This document shows, one piece after another, positions 10,977-24,300 of a stretch of DNA of 64,000 nt. The position numbers and the translations under genes are program-made. Numbering within the stretch: position 1 is the first letter of the stretch; each line of letters starts with the position of its first letter. The notes beneath the pieces were generated by a model. It did no database searches. It saw nothing but the letters and a program-made list of their open reading frames with translations, and had not been told where the DNA came from. Where the stretch lies: contig FLMG01000116.1 in NCBI GenBank assembly GCA_900088475.1, positions 11,302 through 75,301 on the forward strand, given 5' to 3'. The DNA comes from Hyphochytrium catenoides (lineage: Eukaryota > Protista > Hyphochytriomycota).

Positions 10977-13768
10977 TTAGCAGCCCTTCGGGGGAAAGGG
11001 TATAATAGTGTAGGACCTGCGATAGTGAGGAGGATGGCGGAACCTGCAGTACCCTCTCTTCTGCATGGAAGTGCACCAGCCTTCCTCTGTGAATTCCACG
11101 CAGTCTTCTATTACATTGCCTCCTCGGTCTTTGTCTTTGGCCCAACCGGCACTTTCGCTCTCAACAGTTATTCCTCGACCCCCACCGCTAACGCTACTTT
11201 TCTCCGGGTACTTCCTGACCTTTTCTTCTATTCGTGCACGTAAGCCGCTCCACTTAACGTGTCTACAGGGATACCTGAGTGTGCAGATATGGCACCGCGG
11301 GAACTGATTTGCCATCTCAACAAGGTTCATGGGAATCAGGGGTAGCGGCTGTGCAAAGTGCTGCAATTGAAGGAGAGATCCAAAGAGCAATACAACGAAG
11401 GTAAGAGAAGGTCATAGCTGAGGGCTTGGCGTCTTCCATCGCCTTTCTCTACCTCTAAAACAATATAAGATCTAAATAAACCTAACCTGGTACTTCTTGC
11501 TTTCCTCTCTCAACCCTTCCCGACCCAGGCGATGTTGGAATGTACCGCTACCCCGTCACACCGTTATCTCTTGATCCCTGCTTCCTTCTTATCGCTTCTC
11601 TCTACCTCCGCTCGTAGCCATCTCCAGGCGACTTATCATGTCCTATGAGGAGGCATACCTTCAACACATTCTCCAGCGAAAGGAACCAGTACTTTCGCCA
11701 CACTTCATACATTGTGTGTAGAACTAAGGAAAAGTCTTCTCCGCCATTGAGGAGAATCTGCTCCAGTCCCTCGCGGGTGTAACCGACCTAAACGCTGTAA
11801 GTCAGCTTAATAGGACAAAAAGGTACGGAGCCAGTATGTGCTTCAAAGACGGCAAGAGAGGGAGAGAGAGAGAGAGATGGGGGACCGTGATGGAAGAGTA
11901 CAGAAAGATCAGGCGAAAGGAAAGCCGCACTAACCCAGGAGTAATGAAGAAAGGGGAAGAGAAGCTCGACAAAACCTTCTCTTGCACACAGAACTCTAAA
12001 GCTCTTCGCACCCTGCTTTCTTCTCCCATGGCCTTCATCTCAAAGGCGTGGGCCATTTGCTAGAGGAAAGACACCAGTAGGACAGTTTCGTCAACTGAGA
12101 TAGACCAAGTCGAGAAAGAGGCAGACTTCCATTGTGGAGCTAAAGCCGCAAGCTCTAAAATGTACCTTCACTTTTGTTGCCACTTAATGCTTGCCGTCAC
12201 TACCACTCCGCTCACTTACTGACCAGTTTTCTCTTCCCTTCTCTCATTGACCTTTGGCTGCCCTCTCCTCGAAGCAACTCGTAACTCTTACCCGAATTGC
12301 GCTAAGAATGAGTTTGACATCATAGCATAGCATAATGAACTTCGTCTTCGGAATGTTAGCCTCAAGAAGCTTCCGAAGGAGCTGCTGGGAATGGGGGACC
12401 AGTCTTGGGTATGGAGTTTGAGAGAAAAGGGTGGTAAAAGGGATGAGAGCGGCAGCACCGTCAAAGTCGTTGCCATGAGGGCAAAAGAAGGACCAAGTAA
12501 GAAGGACGACAGCAGTGCGAGCAATGCAGCCGCCAGGTGGTATTGGTACGGTGCAATGCAGTGCTGAACGATGAAGGCTAGGGATGGACAAGGAAGAAGC
12601 TACAACCGCATCCCATACGTAGTGGCTAGCGGGGATAGAGTGGGACTGATGTAAAGCGCACAGGAAGGGATGGAGTGTGCGTGGAGGCGAAGAGGAGAGA
12701 GTCACATACGATATTGCTCAGAACAGCCACGTTCAAGCAATAACTCCAGAAATAGTATTGCACGGTTCATCTTCTCACCTGCAGAGGCCGTCAATGATGA
12801 CCAGCTGCGTCGTCTGTTCTGGAGCTTGACCTTGTCCTTGCCCTTTCTTTGAAAGAAACTCTTCGAGACGCGGCGCCACTTCGCTTTGAAAAGAAATCCT
12901 AGGGAGCGCAATGAGGCTGCTTAGCTCTTCTACGTCTTTGCGTTCCTTTCTTCACTCTTTCCTTCTTTGATCCAAATCAGCTTCTCCTCTTCTCTTTCAT
13001 CTTCTCCCCCTTTCTCCCATCTCGCTCTTCTCCATGTCGCACTCTCTCTCTCTCTTCTGACTTTTCTGCTTCCTCCCTGAGGAGCGCTAGAGAATGGTTA
13101 TTTTCGAGGTGTAACACTTGTGTCGTCCATACTTTTCTTTATGCGGTATTGTCAAAGTCAGACAGTTTTCCTCCGGAAGGTTCAATTGACGCCGGATGCA
13201 AGCAGCAAGAGCAGACTTTCCAGTGCCTTTGGAGCCCTAAGACAGTGAGAAATAAGAGCACTTGAGACTCCGGGCTGAGGCAGAGTACGACAATGATGAA
13301 GAGGTGAAATGATTGAAAGTAGTAGTGGGATCGAGGGAAAGCGTTGTATAAAGGTGGAGAGAATGGAGGGAAAACACACGGAAATCCTGAGATGGGTAGC
13401 TGAAGGAGAAGCGGGGATGAGAACTAAAAGAGGCAAGCGACAGAGAAGCTTAGAGAGGATCAATGGAATGTGAGATCGAGGGAAGGACTTCACCTGGAGA
13501 AGGACGTAGTATTTGTATGGGTTCTCGCTCTGCTCAGAGTCAAAGGGTGGCTCCTCCGTGGTACTCCACGTCTTCACAACTTCCTCCAGCTGGGGACGAA
13601 GTTTATCCAAATCTTTAAATTGTGAGAGCTGTCGCGGCGCACCGACAGAGCCGAACAAAGATCCATAGAGCGTAGACATTGAAAACGAGGAGGAGGGAGG
13701 GGGGACAGAAGAGTGCCATAAGTGAGATGGATTGAGCCCTAATGAGAGTGTAAGATTAAGGCTAAAGA

Positions 13769-13799
<31 letters not shown>

Positions 13800-14338
13800 A
13801 AAGTCAGGGAACAGCGCCTGGCTATTGACGACAAGTTCGTGCATTGAAAGGAGATGCTAGGAGTTCCTTTGGACGGTAGATAGAGAGAGATAGAATACTG
13901 ACTGGGTGAGAGAGCCTGGGAAAGTGTGTTTGAGGACACAAAGAGCAAGAGATGGGGAGAGGAATACCGAGGGAGATTGTGCGTGTGAGGGAGAGAGACA
14001 CAGAGAGAGCGACAGGAGAGGAGAAAGGCAAAGGAGAAGCCAGGGGACGGAATTACGTGGAGTGAGAGGGCCAGGAGGGAGAAAAAGCGGGACGGGATCT
14101 CGTCCAAGACACTCACCGTCTCAGGTATGGCTTTCTCCAGCCAGTTCTCCTGCTTCCAGCGATATCCTTCCGCTGCTTCACCTGACGTACCCTCTGCTTT
14201 AGCTACATCACTCTCTTTCTTCTCTCTCTCAGGAGCTCTAGGCTTTGTAACCTTATAGCTTGTCCATATACGTGTCCATCTCTCCTTCTCCCTTTCCGCC
14301 TCGAGGAGTGTAGCACTTCTAGACCTATCTTTCCCCAT
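10977..14338 (-). CDS. Divergent RFC2/Rfc4-like clamp-loader AAA+ protein (predicted inactive) fused to C-terminal CxxC-x4-CxH and CCCH-type zinc fingers; ~429 aa, 8 coding exons
   Basis: Phase-consistent exons 14338-14117, 13628-13494, 13236-13133, 12898-12779, 12403-12292, 12059-11976, 11787-11659 and 11360-10977. They give NWLEKAIPETL (RFC box II WxEKYRP), VLLQGSKGTGKS (Walker A), LVIIDGLCRLVPHSQQLLRKLLE (Walker B, AQQALRR..E), TKFIMLCY, ILSAIRQMA, RALEFCVQEKVGYTREGLEQI...FLSLENVLKHFAQPLP (RFC2 lid). More coding exons may lie upstream, up to ~15269. Confidence 0.8.
13764..13800. repeat. (GA)n microsatellite in an intron of the RFC-like gene (CT on the sense strand)
   Basis: gagagagagagaga...gagagagaa is directly visible. 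Confidence 0.85.
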
Positions 14339-14667
14339 GGTTAGGACCTGGGATAGAGGTAGACAGGTACTAGATAGGAGACGGGGCCCAGCCAAGGTTG
14401 AAGGCTTATGGCTGTATCAACCCTAAGCGTCTGGATGGTTGAGGTGAAAGCGGTGTGAGACAGCGCATGAAGAGCATAAGCAAGGTAGTAACAGCTTTGC
14501 GGTAAGAATGGGAGGAGAAGGATCAGCTACTAGAGGAGATAAGAGACCCAGCTCGGGAGGAGCAGCGATGTAGTGCCTTCAATGGCGAAGGAGAGTGTCA
14601 GGGTGGAGAAGCGAGGAAAGGATGGCAGCAAGCGCATGAGGAAGAGGAAACGATGAGGAGGGAGTGT

Positions 14668-14780
14668 GAAGAGAGGAGAGAGAGAGAGAAAGAGAAAGAT
14701 AGAGAGCGGGGCACAGAGAGAGAGAGAGAGGGAGGAGATAGGAGAGAGAGGCAGAGGCTGGACTGGATGAAGAGAAGAGA
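14668..14780. repeat. GA-rich low-complexity tract (CT-rich on the minus strand)
   Basis: Interrupted (GA)n is directly visible. Confidence 0.8.
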
Positions 14781-15350
14781 ACAAAGGTTTGCACCTACAG
14801 TACATTCCCAGTTGACCTTTCGCATCAGACATACCCCAGGAGCAACAGGCCGCTAACTTCTTCTCAATCTTCTTCGTTCTCGAGTCATGAGTTATGACCT
14901 CCGCGCTTACTCTTCGCTCGCTCTGCCTTCCGGCTGGCCGATTTCTACTCTGCTTTGCAATGATCAGGCTCTCTGGTTGAGTCTCTACCTCTCGTGACGC
15001 CCTCCCCTCTGTTCGCCCTCTCCACTCCTCATTATTCTACAACTCCTCATTAGTTCACTAATCCTTTGCGTGGCACGACACCCTACCCCTTTGTGCGGCT
15101 GAGTCAGGTAGCGGCACCGCATAAGGAGAATGTTCCAGAGAGCGAGAACGAGAGACCTATGGGCAGCCCTGGGCACCTAGACCACCACTGCCAGAAGTAC
15201 AACCATGGGGTCGGACGTCTTCGCTACAGGGTGCCTTGCCCACTGCTGAGCTTCTGCTAAAGCTTCCATTCTGACTGCGCAACCAAGGATAACTCCTGGC
15301 GCTCCCATTCTTGGTGTACGCTACCAACCCATCCTCCCGGCACTCTCAAG

Positions 15351-18300
15351 ATGGTCTTCGAGGCTGCACTGGTTGCCGCGTTGCGGCGGTTCTTGGGCTC
15401 AGTAGTTGACATTGACCTGCAGCAGCTCCAGCTTTCTTTATGGACCGGTAGATATGTTCATTCCTTATGTCTTCTTTCCTCTCTGTTAGCGCCTTCTGTC
15501 TTCCCGGAACGTTATACAACCAACCTTCGTTCTAGCTTATGCCTGCCCGACTAGATACCTTTATTCTTTCGCTTGTGGCTCTTCCACCTCATCACCCTCT
15601 CTTCTTTATTCAGGAGACCTAGCGCTGGAGAACGTGGTCCTGAAAGGGGATCTGTTGGCAAAGTTTCCAATCCCTCTGTCTTTCCTTCAAGGTAGTACGA
15701 GATGAGTTTACTCTTCTCTATTAATCCAACATGCTCTATGGTTGTTGCGGGAGCTCTATTTAGCTCTCCGTCCAAACATTTGCTTCCGACCTGCCACTTA
15801 AGGAGGAAGTTTGTCTGCTCTGTGGGTCCCACGGTCTAAAGTATCGGCGTTCCAAAAAGCTTGCTCCGGAGATGAAAGCCATCTGCGTCTCCATCCCACT
15901 GTCAAATTTACTGCTAATAGCTCTGCACTTCTTCTGCGGTCTTTTCTCTGGGTGTCCGCTTCTCCTCCTTTACTTACACTCTGCCCTTGCTATAGACTTC
16001 CTGCTAGTATTCGCGTTCGTCATCGGACATCACCTTTTTTCGACTAAGATTTTCCTTTGTAGGCTCTATAGGGCATCTTCGTCTTGAGATCCCATGGCTC
16101 TCACTCTGGAAGAGTCCTGTCGTTATCACTGCTGAGAAAGTTAGAATAGAGCTGGAGACATCGGCCTCTTCCACTCGCACGTCGCCCGTGCCCCCAAGCC
16201 CTGCAAAAGTAAGAGTACTCTTTCAGCTAAAGTGACATGTACAAGGAAGGGTAGAAAGTGTAGGGGTTAGCGCGCTAGAGTGGATCTTCTTACAGCAGCC
16301 TGAAATCAACAAACACAATATTCACTAGGGGTCGAAGCTACCGGGAGAGGATGATACTATGCCTGGAGGTTAGTCTCTAACACTTGTATGTGCGCGTTAG
16401 GTTACTCTTTCCGTCGCTTTATTTGGCTATCCTTTCTCTATCTTCGCCTCTGAACATTGACGTTCCTCGTAAGAGTTGCACTTCTATCGTAAGCTTCTTA
16501 TAAAGTCAGTTTATTAATCCGTCGAACTTCCTTCCATCGCCAGCTCCGCCTGGCTATCTCAACCGCCTGATTAGACATGTTATCGAAAACATCAGGTTGG
16601 AGGTGAAAGATGTGTCTATCAGTCTCTTTCAAGGCGGGTTATTGGTGACCGAAGAGGTAACGTTCGACAGCTATTCGCCTCTTGTCTCCCTCTGTAAATC
16701 ATAGACTTACGTTCAACTATTGCTTCTTTGTTTATATGCTTCTTCCTTTTTATGCGACGTCAATGTTCTAACTGGATGGCTTGCAGGTTAGCGGTCTGGC
16801 TTTAGTATGGGACTCGTTACGCGTCTATAAAACTGAGGACGGCATTCAATCAAAAAAGGTGGGTTGGCTTCCTCCTCTCTTTTTTGAGTGCCTTTATTGA
16901 TAAAAAGTGCCTGGGTTCTTCTTGATTTGTTCTCCAGATAGCTTCGGTACGAGATATTGGTCTCGTCTGGAGACAACCAGAAGCTAGTGATGCTGGGACA
17001 GACTTTATACTTTATCCTACCACCATTCTTTTAGAGGTAAGGACGGCTTGAGGGTAGAAGAAATAAGTTGATGAAAATATCTGAGAGACAAACCCATGCT
17101 TGGAGTATCAGCGGACCTAGGAATGAGTAACTTACTGGTTCGCCGCAGAACCTCGACGTGCTGGTTATGCTTAGGTGTGGTCGGAAGAGGCTGGTAGATG
17201 GTGAAGATAGTCCTAAACGACAGTGAGGCAGGGTATCGCGTCACTCTCTGCTGCCTTAACTCTTCAGTCTTCCTTTACCTTTAGAGCACAACCAACAAGA
17301 AAGAAGACCTTGAGGGAGGAGACCAGACCCAAATGAGAAACATTACTATGTCAGTCAATGCAGAAGAAAAGCTAAGTTCCAAACCAATGCGAGCGAAAGT
17401 CAGCGAAGAGCAGCTTCTAGACCTGGCAAACCTCGTGGAGGAGCTTTGTAGCAGTTTGCGCCAAGAAGATGATGGAGAGGAAGAGGAAAGTGAGGAGGCG
17501 ACTTTTTCCCCACCAAGGCCTCGGAGTGTCCTTGAAGAGTCTTGGCTCCAGCTGGACCTATGGACTCACTTCTTCTCCTCTATTGGCGCTCCTAGTCCTA
17601 ATAATAAAGGACGGGAGGACATAGCCTCTCAGGTCTCGAATGATGCATTGAATGGAGAAGGCCTTGACGAAGGCGATCTGGCTATTGAGACTAGCTTCAA
17701 AACTAGGGATCTGGAGTTCTGTCTGTCCATTGTTTGCGGACTTGAGCTGTCTCTTTCTTGTGGTACATTGCGCTGCAAGGAGGGCGACCAAATGCCGGAC
17801 GAGGAAATGAAGAAGAGCTGCAGAAAACTTAACAAAGAGCGAATACTGCTTGCTAAATTTGGATCCTTCCACCTTTCCTACCTGGATTCCTCTCTGCTTT
17901 CATCGTTCTCGATGAGCATTATGTCTCTCTCTGTTACTGAAGACGGATCGCGTCCTTTATTCCACACGAGGAGTGAGGAGTTTGAGGCAGTCATGGCCCT
18001 GTTTTGGGAAACGCCCAAGCCTCTCTCGCCTCATAGAAGAGAAGCTTCAGCAAGCCTCTATCTAGGACCAAAGTACAAGGCATCGTTGTCTGCTTTCACA
18101 ATGACTATTGATCCTCTTGTCCTGGAAGTACTCTCTCTGCTGTGTGACATTTCCCTTAGAGTAATGGCACCTTCTCCTCAACCATCGTTACGACAGCCAT
18201 CTTTTTCCTCTACACCGTCTCAGTCTTCCTTGTCGCCTATTTCTTCCCTGGGATCTCTGGAAATTTCTCTGGGAGATATGACCTTCTATTTTCCTGTTAG

Positions 18301-21300
18301 TGTATCAGAAGCCAACACAACCAGATACGCCATATCCCTCGAGGAGATCCGAGTAATTTCGGACAAAGAGTGTCAAAATGGAGTTGAAGCAGAGGAAAAA
18401 CTCGAGGGGCAAGGGAGCATACGAGGGCTTCAGATCAAGATTGCGTCCTGCAGCGTCTTCCACCAGAAGTGGAGCTCAGAGCGACGCACCTGGGAGGCAA
18501 AAACCAGTCTCATAACAGGCCTGTCGCCCTTGGTCCTGACACTGAGAGAGAACCTCACAGGCCCTCATTCCCCGTCACCAAACTCTTCTCCTTCTCCTTC
18601 TGAGACGGACGGGGTCTGTCAGCATGTCTTTGGATCAAGCTCTTCTTCACTACCTTCCTTGGCTACAGAGGAGCAGCAAAGAATCAATCTCACGGCTCCA
18701 GAGGTCTTTGCAGTATCTCTCTCCGTCATGCTCTCAGACGTGACTCTTCATTGCACGGATGAGCAGTTATGGCAAATATCTTGGCTGATAGGCTCTTTTG
18801 TCGCTTTCCTTCCAACAAAGGGCCTAAAGCGGAAAGGAGGGCCAAAACAGCCGAAGGGTCTGGATATATGTCAGACATACGGGACTTGCTTCGACCTCTG
18901 CAAAAAAGAAGTAATTTGCGCTGTGTCTCACCTTAAAGTGCACCTCTCTGTATCTGAGACCTTCGCTTGGGCGGAGGATGTATGCGCTTATAAGCTCTCT
19001 TCCTTACCTACACATCACTCTTCCTCCGTCAGCTTCATTTCGCCCCTTCAATATGAGCTTGAGCTTGGAGGACTGCAATGGCGAGGAACCGATTGCTCTC
19101 ATGTTCAGGAAACAGAGGTGAAAATAGATTTTTTAAGCTTGTGTGCTAAGAAAGAGGCATCATCTGGAGGTATGGCTAAGCCGGGGCTAAAGAGAGAGGG
19201 AGGGAGAGTGTCGAACACTGATATTGATGAGAAATCTCACACTGGTCAAGGCCGAAATGTTGCCGGGCGATGTCTGCTGTCGTTGGGCTCCCTATCAGGT
19301 CCTGGTCTTCGCGTTCGAGGCTCAAAGTATCCGCGAAGGACTTTCAGTCAAGAACAGGGTCTAACGGTTGCTGTCGGTACAGTCTTTGATTCCCAGGTGA
19401 ATCTGGGCGATCTGAGAGTTGGATTGGAGCCAGAGGTCACTTTTAACCTTTGCAAAATTGTTGCAAGATCGTTGAGCCTAGCAGAGCTCAGCACAAAGGT
19501 CAGAGTCAGGAGAAGCGAGAAAGCCCGATCCACGAGGAAGAGAAAAGTGAAACATCTCAGTAGTCAGTCTTCGGCAGGCGAAAGGTTCACATGTGAGCGA
19601 AACCCCTCGAGAGTTTCCGCATCCCTCTCTGTGGTCTGCTCCTCGACTGACATCCGGGCACTGGTAGGCGAGCGACAGCTATGCGCAGTCACTGGAAGTA
19701 GGCTTAGCGGCACTCTTCTCGTTTATGATGGGATCAGCTGTTGTTCAGGCTGTGTTGCTTTCGAAGGGCGAGGGAGCTGGGAGGAGATTGAGTTGGTAGA
19801 CCTTTCCGGCGTCAATGAGTTACATCGCAACATCATCTCCTGGAGGGGAGCCGCCAGAGAGGAGGACAAGCACTATCCGATGCCATCCATAGACTTCTCC
19901 ATTTCTTCTTTCTGCTCTCATGCATCCGACTTTCCCGGGTATTCTCCTCTGATCTGTGTTCGGGCGGGTAACTTCTCCCACAAGGTTCTGTACCGCTTCT
20001 ATCGGGAAATAGGGAACTTTGTAGGGTTGAGATTGCTGCCAACCGTCCTCTGCTTTGGTCAAACAGATGGAGAGGAGGAGAGAGTTTTGAGAACCATATT
20101 AGAGAAGCTTGGAGCTTGCGACCTGGTACTTAGAGGCTGGCCAGAGGGCTTATCTATGGAGAAGGGCCCATCAGGCAGGACGATCTGCAATACTGAATCT
20201 CTTCTCACATCGCAGCCTTCCCCCAAAATTGATCTTCTCTTCCACGACGTTCTAGTGTATCTTGTCGAGGGGTCCAGAGCCCCAGACTCTCTCATATTCT
20301 CCATCCAGAGGCTTGAGGCTTGGACTTGTGGAGCATTTGGAGATACAAAGTCAAAGTTTCTTCTTCAGGGACATTTCCCTGACGAAGATCTAGATATTTT
20401 TCAGGAGCCAGACAATAATCCTGACGACTTCAGATATTACCTTCAGAAGATTAAAGAAGGCTATCGGCGAGAAAGAAGGGTCCGGATGCAAAGAAGGTTC
20501 GAGCTATCAACCCTCCTCGCAGACTTGCTGGCATCAAACAAGAGGACAGAGATCGAAGGGGAGCAAGAGACCGAAGAGCAAGACGGAGAGGCCTTAGCTC
20601 AAGACAGCACAGGAAGATGCGACTTGGATCAGCAGATATGTGCGCTCGAAGAAGCTCTAGAGAATCTGAATCTGGAAATCAAAAGTCTAACGGAACAAAT
20701 AAATGCGGACGGAGAAAACCATGATTCTTCCCTTCTATCGCCTCAACTCCTCGACCCAAAGCGAGACGTCTTCATTGAGGAAGAGGAGGATGACAACGAT
20801 GAAGGCTTCTACGATGCTGACGATGAGGAGCAAGGTCCGGCAAATCTAAGGAAAGAGGAAAACAGGATGGAGTTTCTAGCATCGCGCGTAGAAATATTAT
20901 CTGCCGCATCCTCTTCGGTTATTTCTCAGCTATCTTGTATAGCCGGGTGGGTGCATTTTGCACAAACCCTCCGGCAGCCAGACCAGGAGGAGTCGATGTC
21001 TTCTTTCTCTTCCAATGCATGCAAGCAGGGCATACACTCTCCAATTCTGCACACAGGCCGAGAGGAGAGCATCTCCTGCTTGTCGTCCCCAGCGATAATG
21101 TCCAGGACATCCTCACCCGGCTTGACAGATCTTGAACTTTCGTCTTCTTCCTTCTCATCCCCGAGGTCCTTTGGGAGAAGGGCAACCTCTTCCTCTTGTC
21201 CTCGCCAGGGACCATTGTCCCAGTTTCCGTCCAACAAAAAGAGTACCCCGCTGATTCTCTCTTTTAGCGTCGGCCACTTTCCCCTGTGTCTTACACCTCA

Positions 21301-24300
21301 ACAGTTGGAGACTCTCTTGGGCTTCATCATGAGGAACTTAAAGGAGTTCCCACATCTATGTCCTGATCCTCCCTTATCTCTCCTTTTCTGCACCCTTTGC
21401 AAGGGGCACCACTACGCTCACCAAGATTGCAATGCTCCATGGTTCCTTCTTTCTCTCTATTTTCCGTCTGCTACACTAAGTCTCGTAGAAGAGTACCCAG
21501 GTAGGGAAGCTCAGGACGGGGAAAACAAAGCAGGTGAAGGCATGAGCGGGCCCTTCCCGCCGTTTGGGGAGCTGCAGTTCGAGCAGTTGGAGATTTTAGT
21601 GCAGCAGAACAGCAACGATGTCGCCCAGTTAGCTGTGTCTGCAAATTACGTACGGGTACAGAGTCGAGCCCTAAACGTCCCACAAGGCGATACGAGTATT
21701 GCTGATTGGAGAGAAGTCTTTTCTCCTCTTACGTCAAACCGGAGACAGTTGTTCTATCGGCAACTCTCGTCATGGACCTCATGTTCCCACTCAATTCATG
21801 TCAATGACTCTTGCGTCAGCATCCTCCCGCCGCTTATGGTCCCTCTATCTCTCTTCTTTACAATCGCTCTAAAAAATGTTCTAGACAAAGCGAGAGAGGA
21901 ACAAGGGCCGTATGTCGTTCCTGCTACGCTTTTCAAAGACAAGGAGACAGAGAGGACCAGGAACAACCAGACTCATGACGAAGGGGGCTCTAGCGTAAGA
22001 GGCTGGCCAAACTTCGATCTAACCTTGGACTTATTCATAGACAACACGCTCTTCTGCTTGTATCAAGATCCTCAAGGAACCTCCTCGAGGTAAATGAGAG
22101 GGGCGTTAGAGGCATAGTGACCGTTTGATCGGAGTAGGCCGACAAGAGACACCAGGAGAGAATCATCACCGATACACCCGGACTGGGTCTGAGTGATAAC
22201 TCAGTTACAAAGCAATAGCTTGAGGCGGTCAAGACGTAGAGATTGTATCATATGCTCGCCCTAACCTCTTTTTTCGGCTGCTGTCTCTTTGATCCCCTAA
22301 GGGTACTTTGTATCCTTTCTTGCTTAGACTTACAGCAGCAATGGCTGGATGAGGTGAAGCAAAGCAACCACTTTGCCATCAAACAGAAGAAGATATTTTT
22401 CTCTTCTTTCCCAGATCTGCAGGTAACTCGGGTCACTACTTTTCCTGCCTATATGACCTCCGTGTTGCCGCTTCGGTATGGTATGGCCCTAAATTCGTTG
22501 TCTGGCGGGTGACGTCGAGCTCTCACACTCTTCAACTTTTCTTCTACACCCTCTTTGACTTTTCTTCTAACACACCTTCTTTGTAGATCGAGCAGTCAGT
22601 CGCATTAGCAAATGAGTTCTCCATCGCCTGCGACTATGAAATTAATGTCAGCCGAAAGGACGGCCTCGCAAGTGAGGGCATGAACGAGAAGGAAGGAGAG
22701 GCTCAAATGGTGGCCATTGAGAAGTTTTCCTTCCTTCTCCACCCACTGAAGCTGGCTCTGTCTTACCGCGACTGTCTGCAATTGGTAGATATCCTTGATT
22801 CCGTAAACTTATCTCTGTCGCTTGTGACACAAGACACAGATGAAAAAATCCAGAGAGGCGCCGCCGATCCTTCTCCCCTTCCTTGTCAAGAGGACCCTAC
22901 AGATATCAGCATTATGCAGCAGCAGACCTTGGGGCAGGTTGGTGACATCCGCCTGATACTGCTGGAGGACGAAAGAGATGTTCCTCTGTTAGAGCTCTTT
23001 GTAGAGAGTATAGGGATAGAAAGCGGCAGTTGTGGAGGAAACACTGCCCTTTCCCTTGATGCATCAGCCTCACTCTCTGCCTTTAACTCACGGAATAATG
23101 GCTGGGAGCCGCTGCTCGAGAAGACGGCCTTCCAGCTTAGGTTGGCTGCTAGCAACAGGGCAGAAGATCCAGTTCAACTTGTTCTCTCTGTTCCCTCGGT
23201 TATGAACCTCAACCTCACACAAACATGGGCCGACACTCTCCCTCGCCTCCTATCAAATCTGAGGTCCGACGAATCAATTATTTCTCCGTCTCTTTCCAGC
23301 GGTGTCCATATCGAGAACTCAACAGGCCTTCCCATAGAGTTTTGCCTGAGGCAGGGAATTCGTGACGTAATCCGCGGGAGATTGGAACACGATCAAAGTG
23401 CTGACGCGATCTTGCGTGGCCAGGAAGAGGATTTAAAAAGGAAGAGGAGATCGGCCGCCATTGACTCTCTTTTACCTTCAGCACCTCTATTCCAGCAAGA
23501 GGCGGCTGCTTCTAAGCAGACCCTTGCCATTTGGCTTAACGACCGAGAGTGGGGAACAGCTTCTCCTGTTGCTATCAGCAACACTGGCAAATATGTCTTA
23601 CCTGTCCGGCGAGCAAAAGTGAGACGGCAAGACGACCTCCAAGAGGTGGCTCAGGGAAGGAGTCTTAACCTCTTTCCCGGCACGTTAGTGCTGGATATCA
23701 GCCTCAATCAGGGTGACGGGACTAAGGTCCTGAAGATACTGTCTCCTCTAGTCATTTCTAATCAGACAGACATTCCCCTGCAGCTTTGGGCTTACTCACC
23801 GCAAGGGGGAGGGCGCGTCGAAGAGTGGACGGTGGATGCAGGCGAGTCTTCCACAGCCCCTCTTTCTGTCCTCCACGTAGAAAACAAGGTCAGCATCAGA
23901 CCCACAAACTCCACTGACTGGGGACCCTTACTCAGCAGCTTGAGCCAGTTGCGGGGCGAGAAGATACCTGGTAGCCGTTATCAAACGGTAGCAGTCTGCC
24001 CCGTAGCCGCAGGGAGGGAAGAGGATAAAGCAAGAAATAACACAGAGGAGGAAAGGCAGTTCATTTGTTCAGCTCTCCCTTCCTGGTGCTGTGTAGCTGT
24101 GGCTGTCGAAAGCGCGCTGGAAGAGGTCCCGATAGCTGATGGTCGTCTAACCTCGAAGATAGCTTTGACTTCCATGGATGGAAGGGACGGTACTGCCAAG
24201 AGGGACAGAACGCCTAAAATAAGGCAAAAGCAGAAGGAAAGCAAGATCGTATCAAAAACGAGTCTTACATCAGTTTTCTCCACCAGTCGCCCATCTCTCT

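Noticed and set aside
12702-12911. ORF-track peptide MRSLGFLFKAKW...
   Set aside because: Wrong frame; the real exon 12898-12779 reads ISFQSEVAPRLEEFL...LVIIDG.
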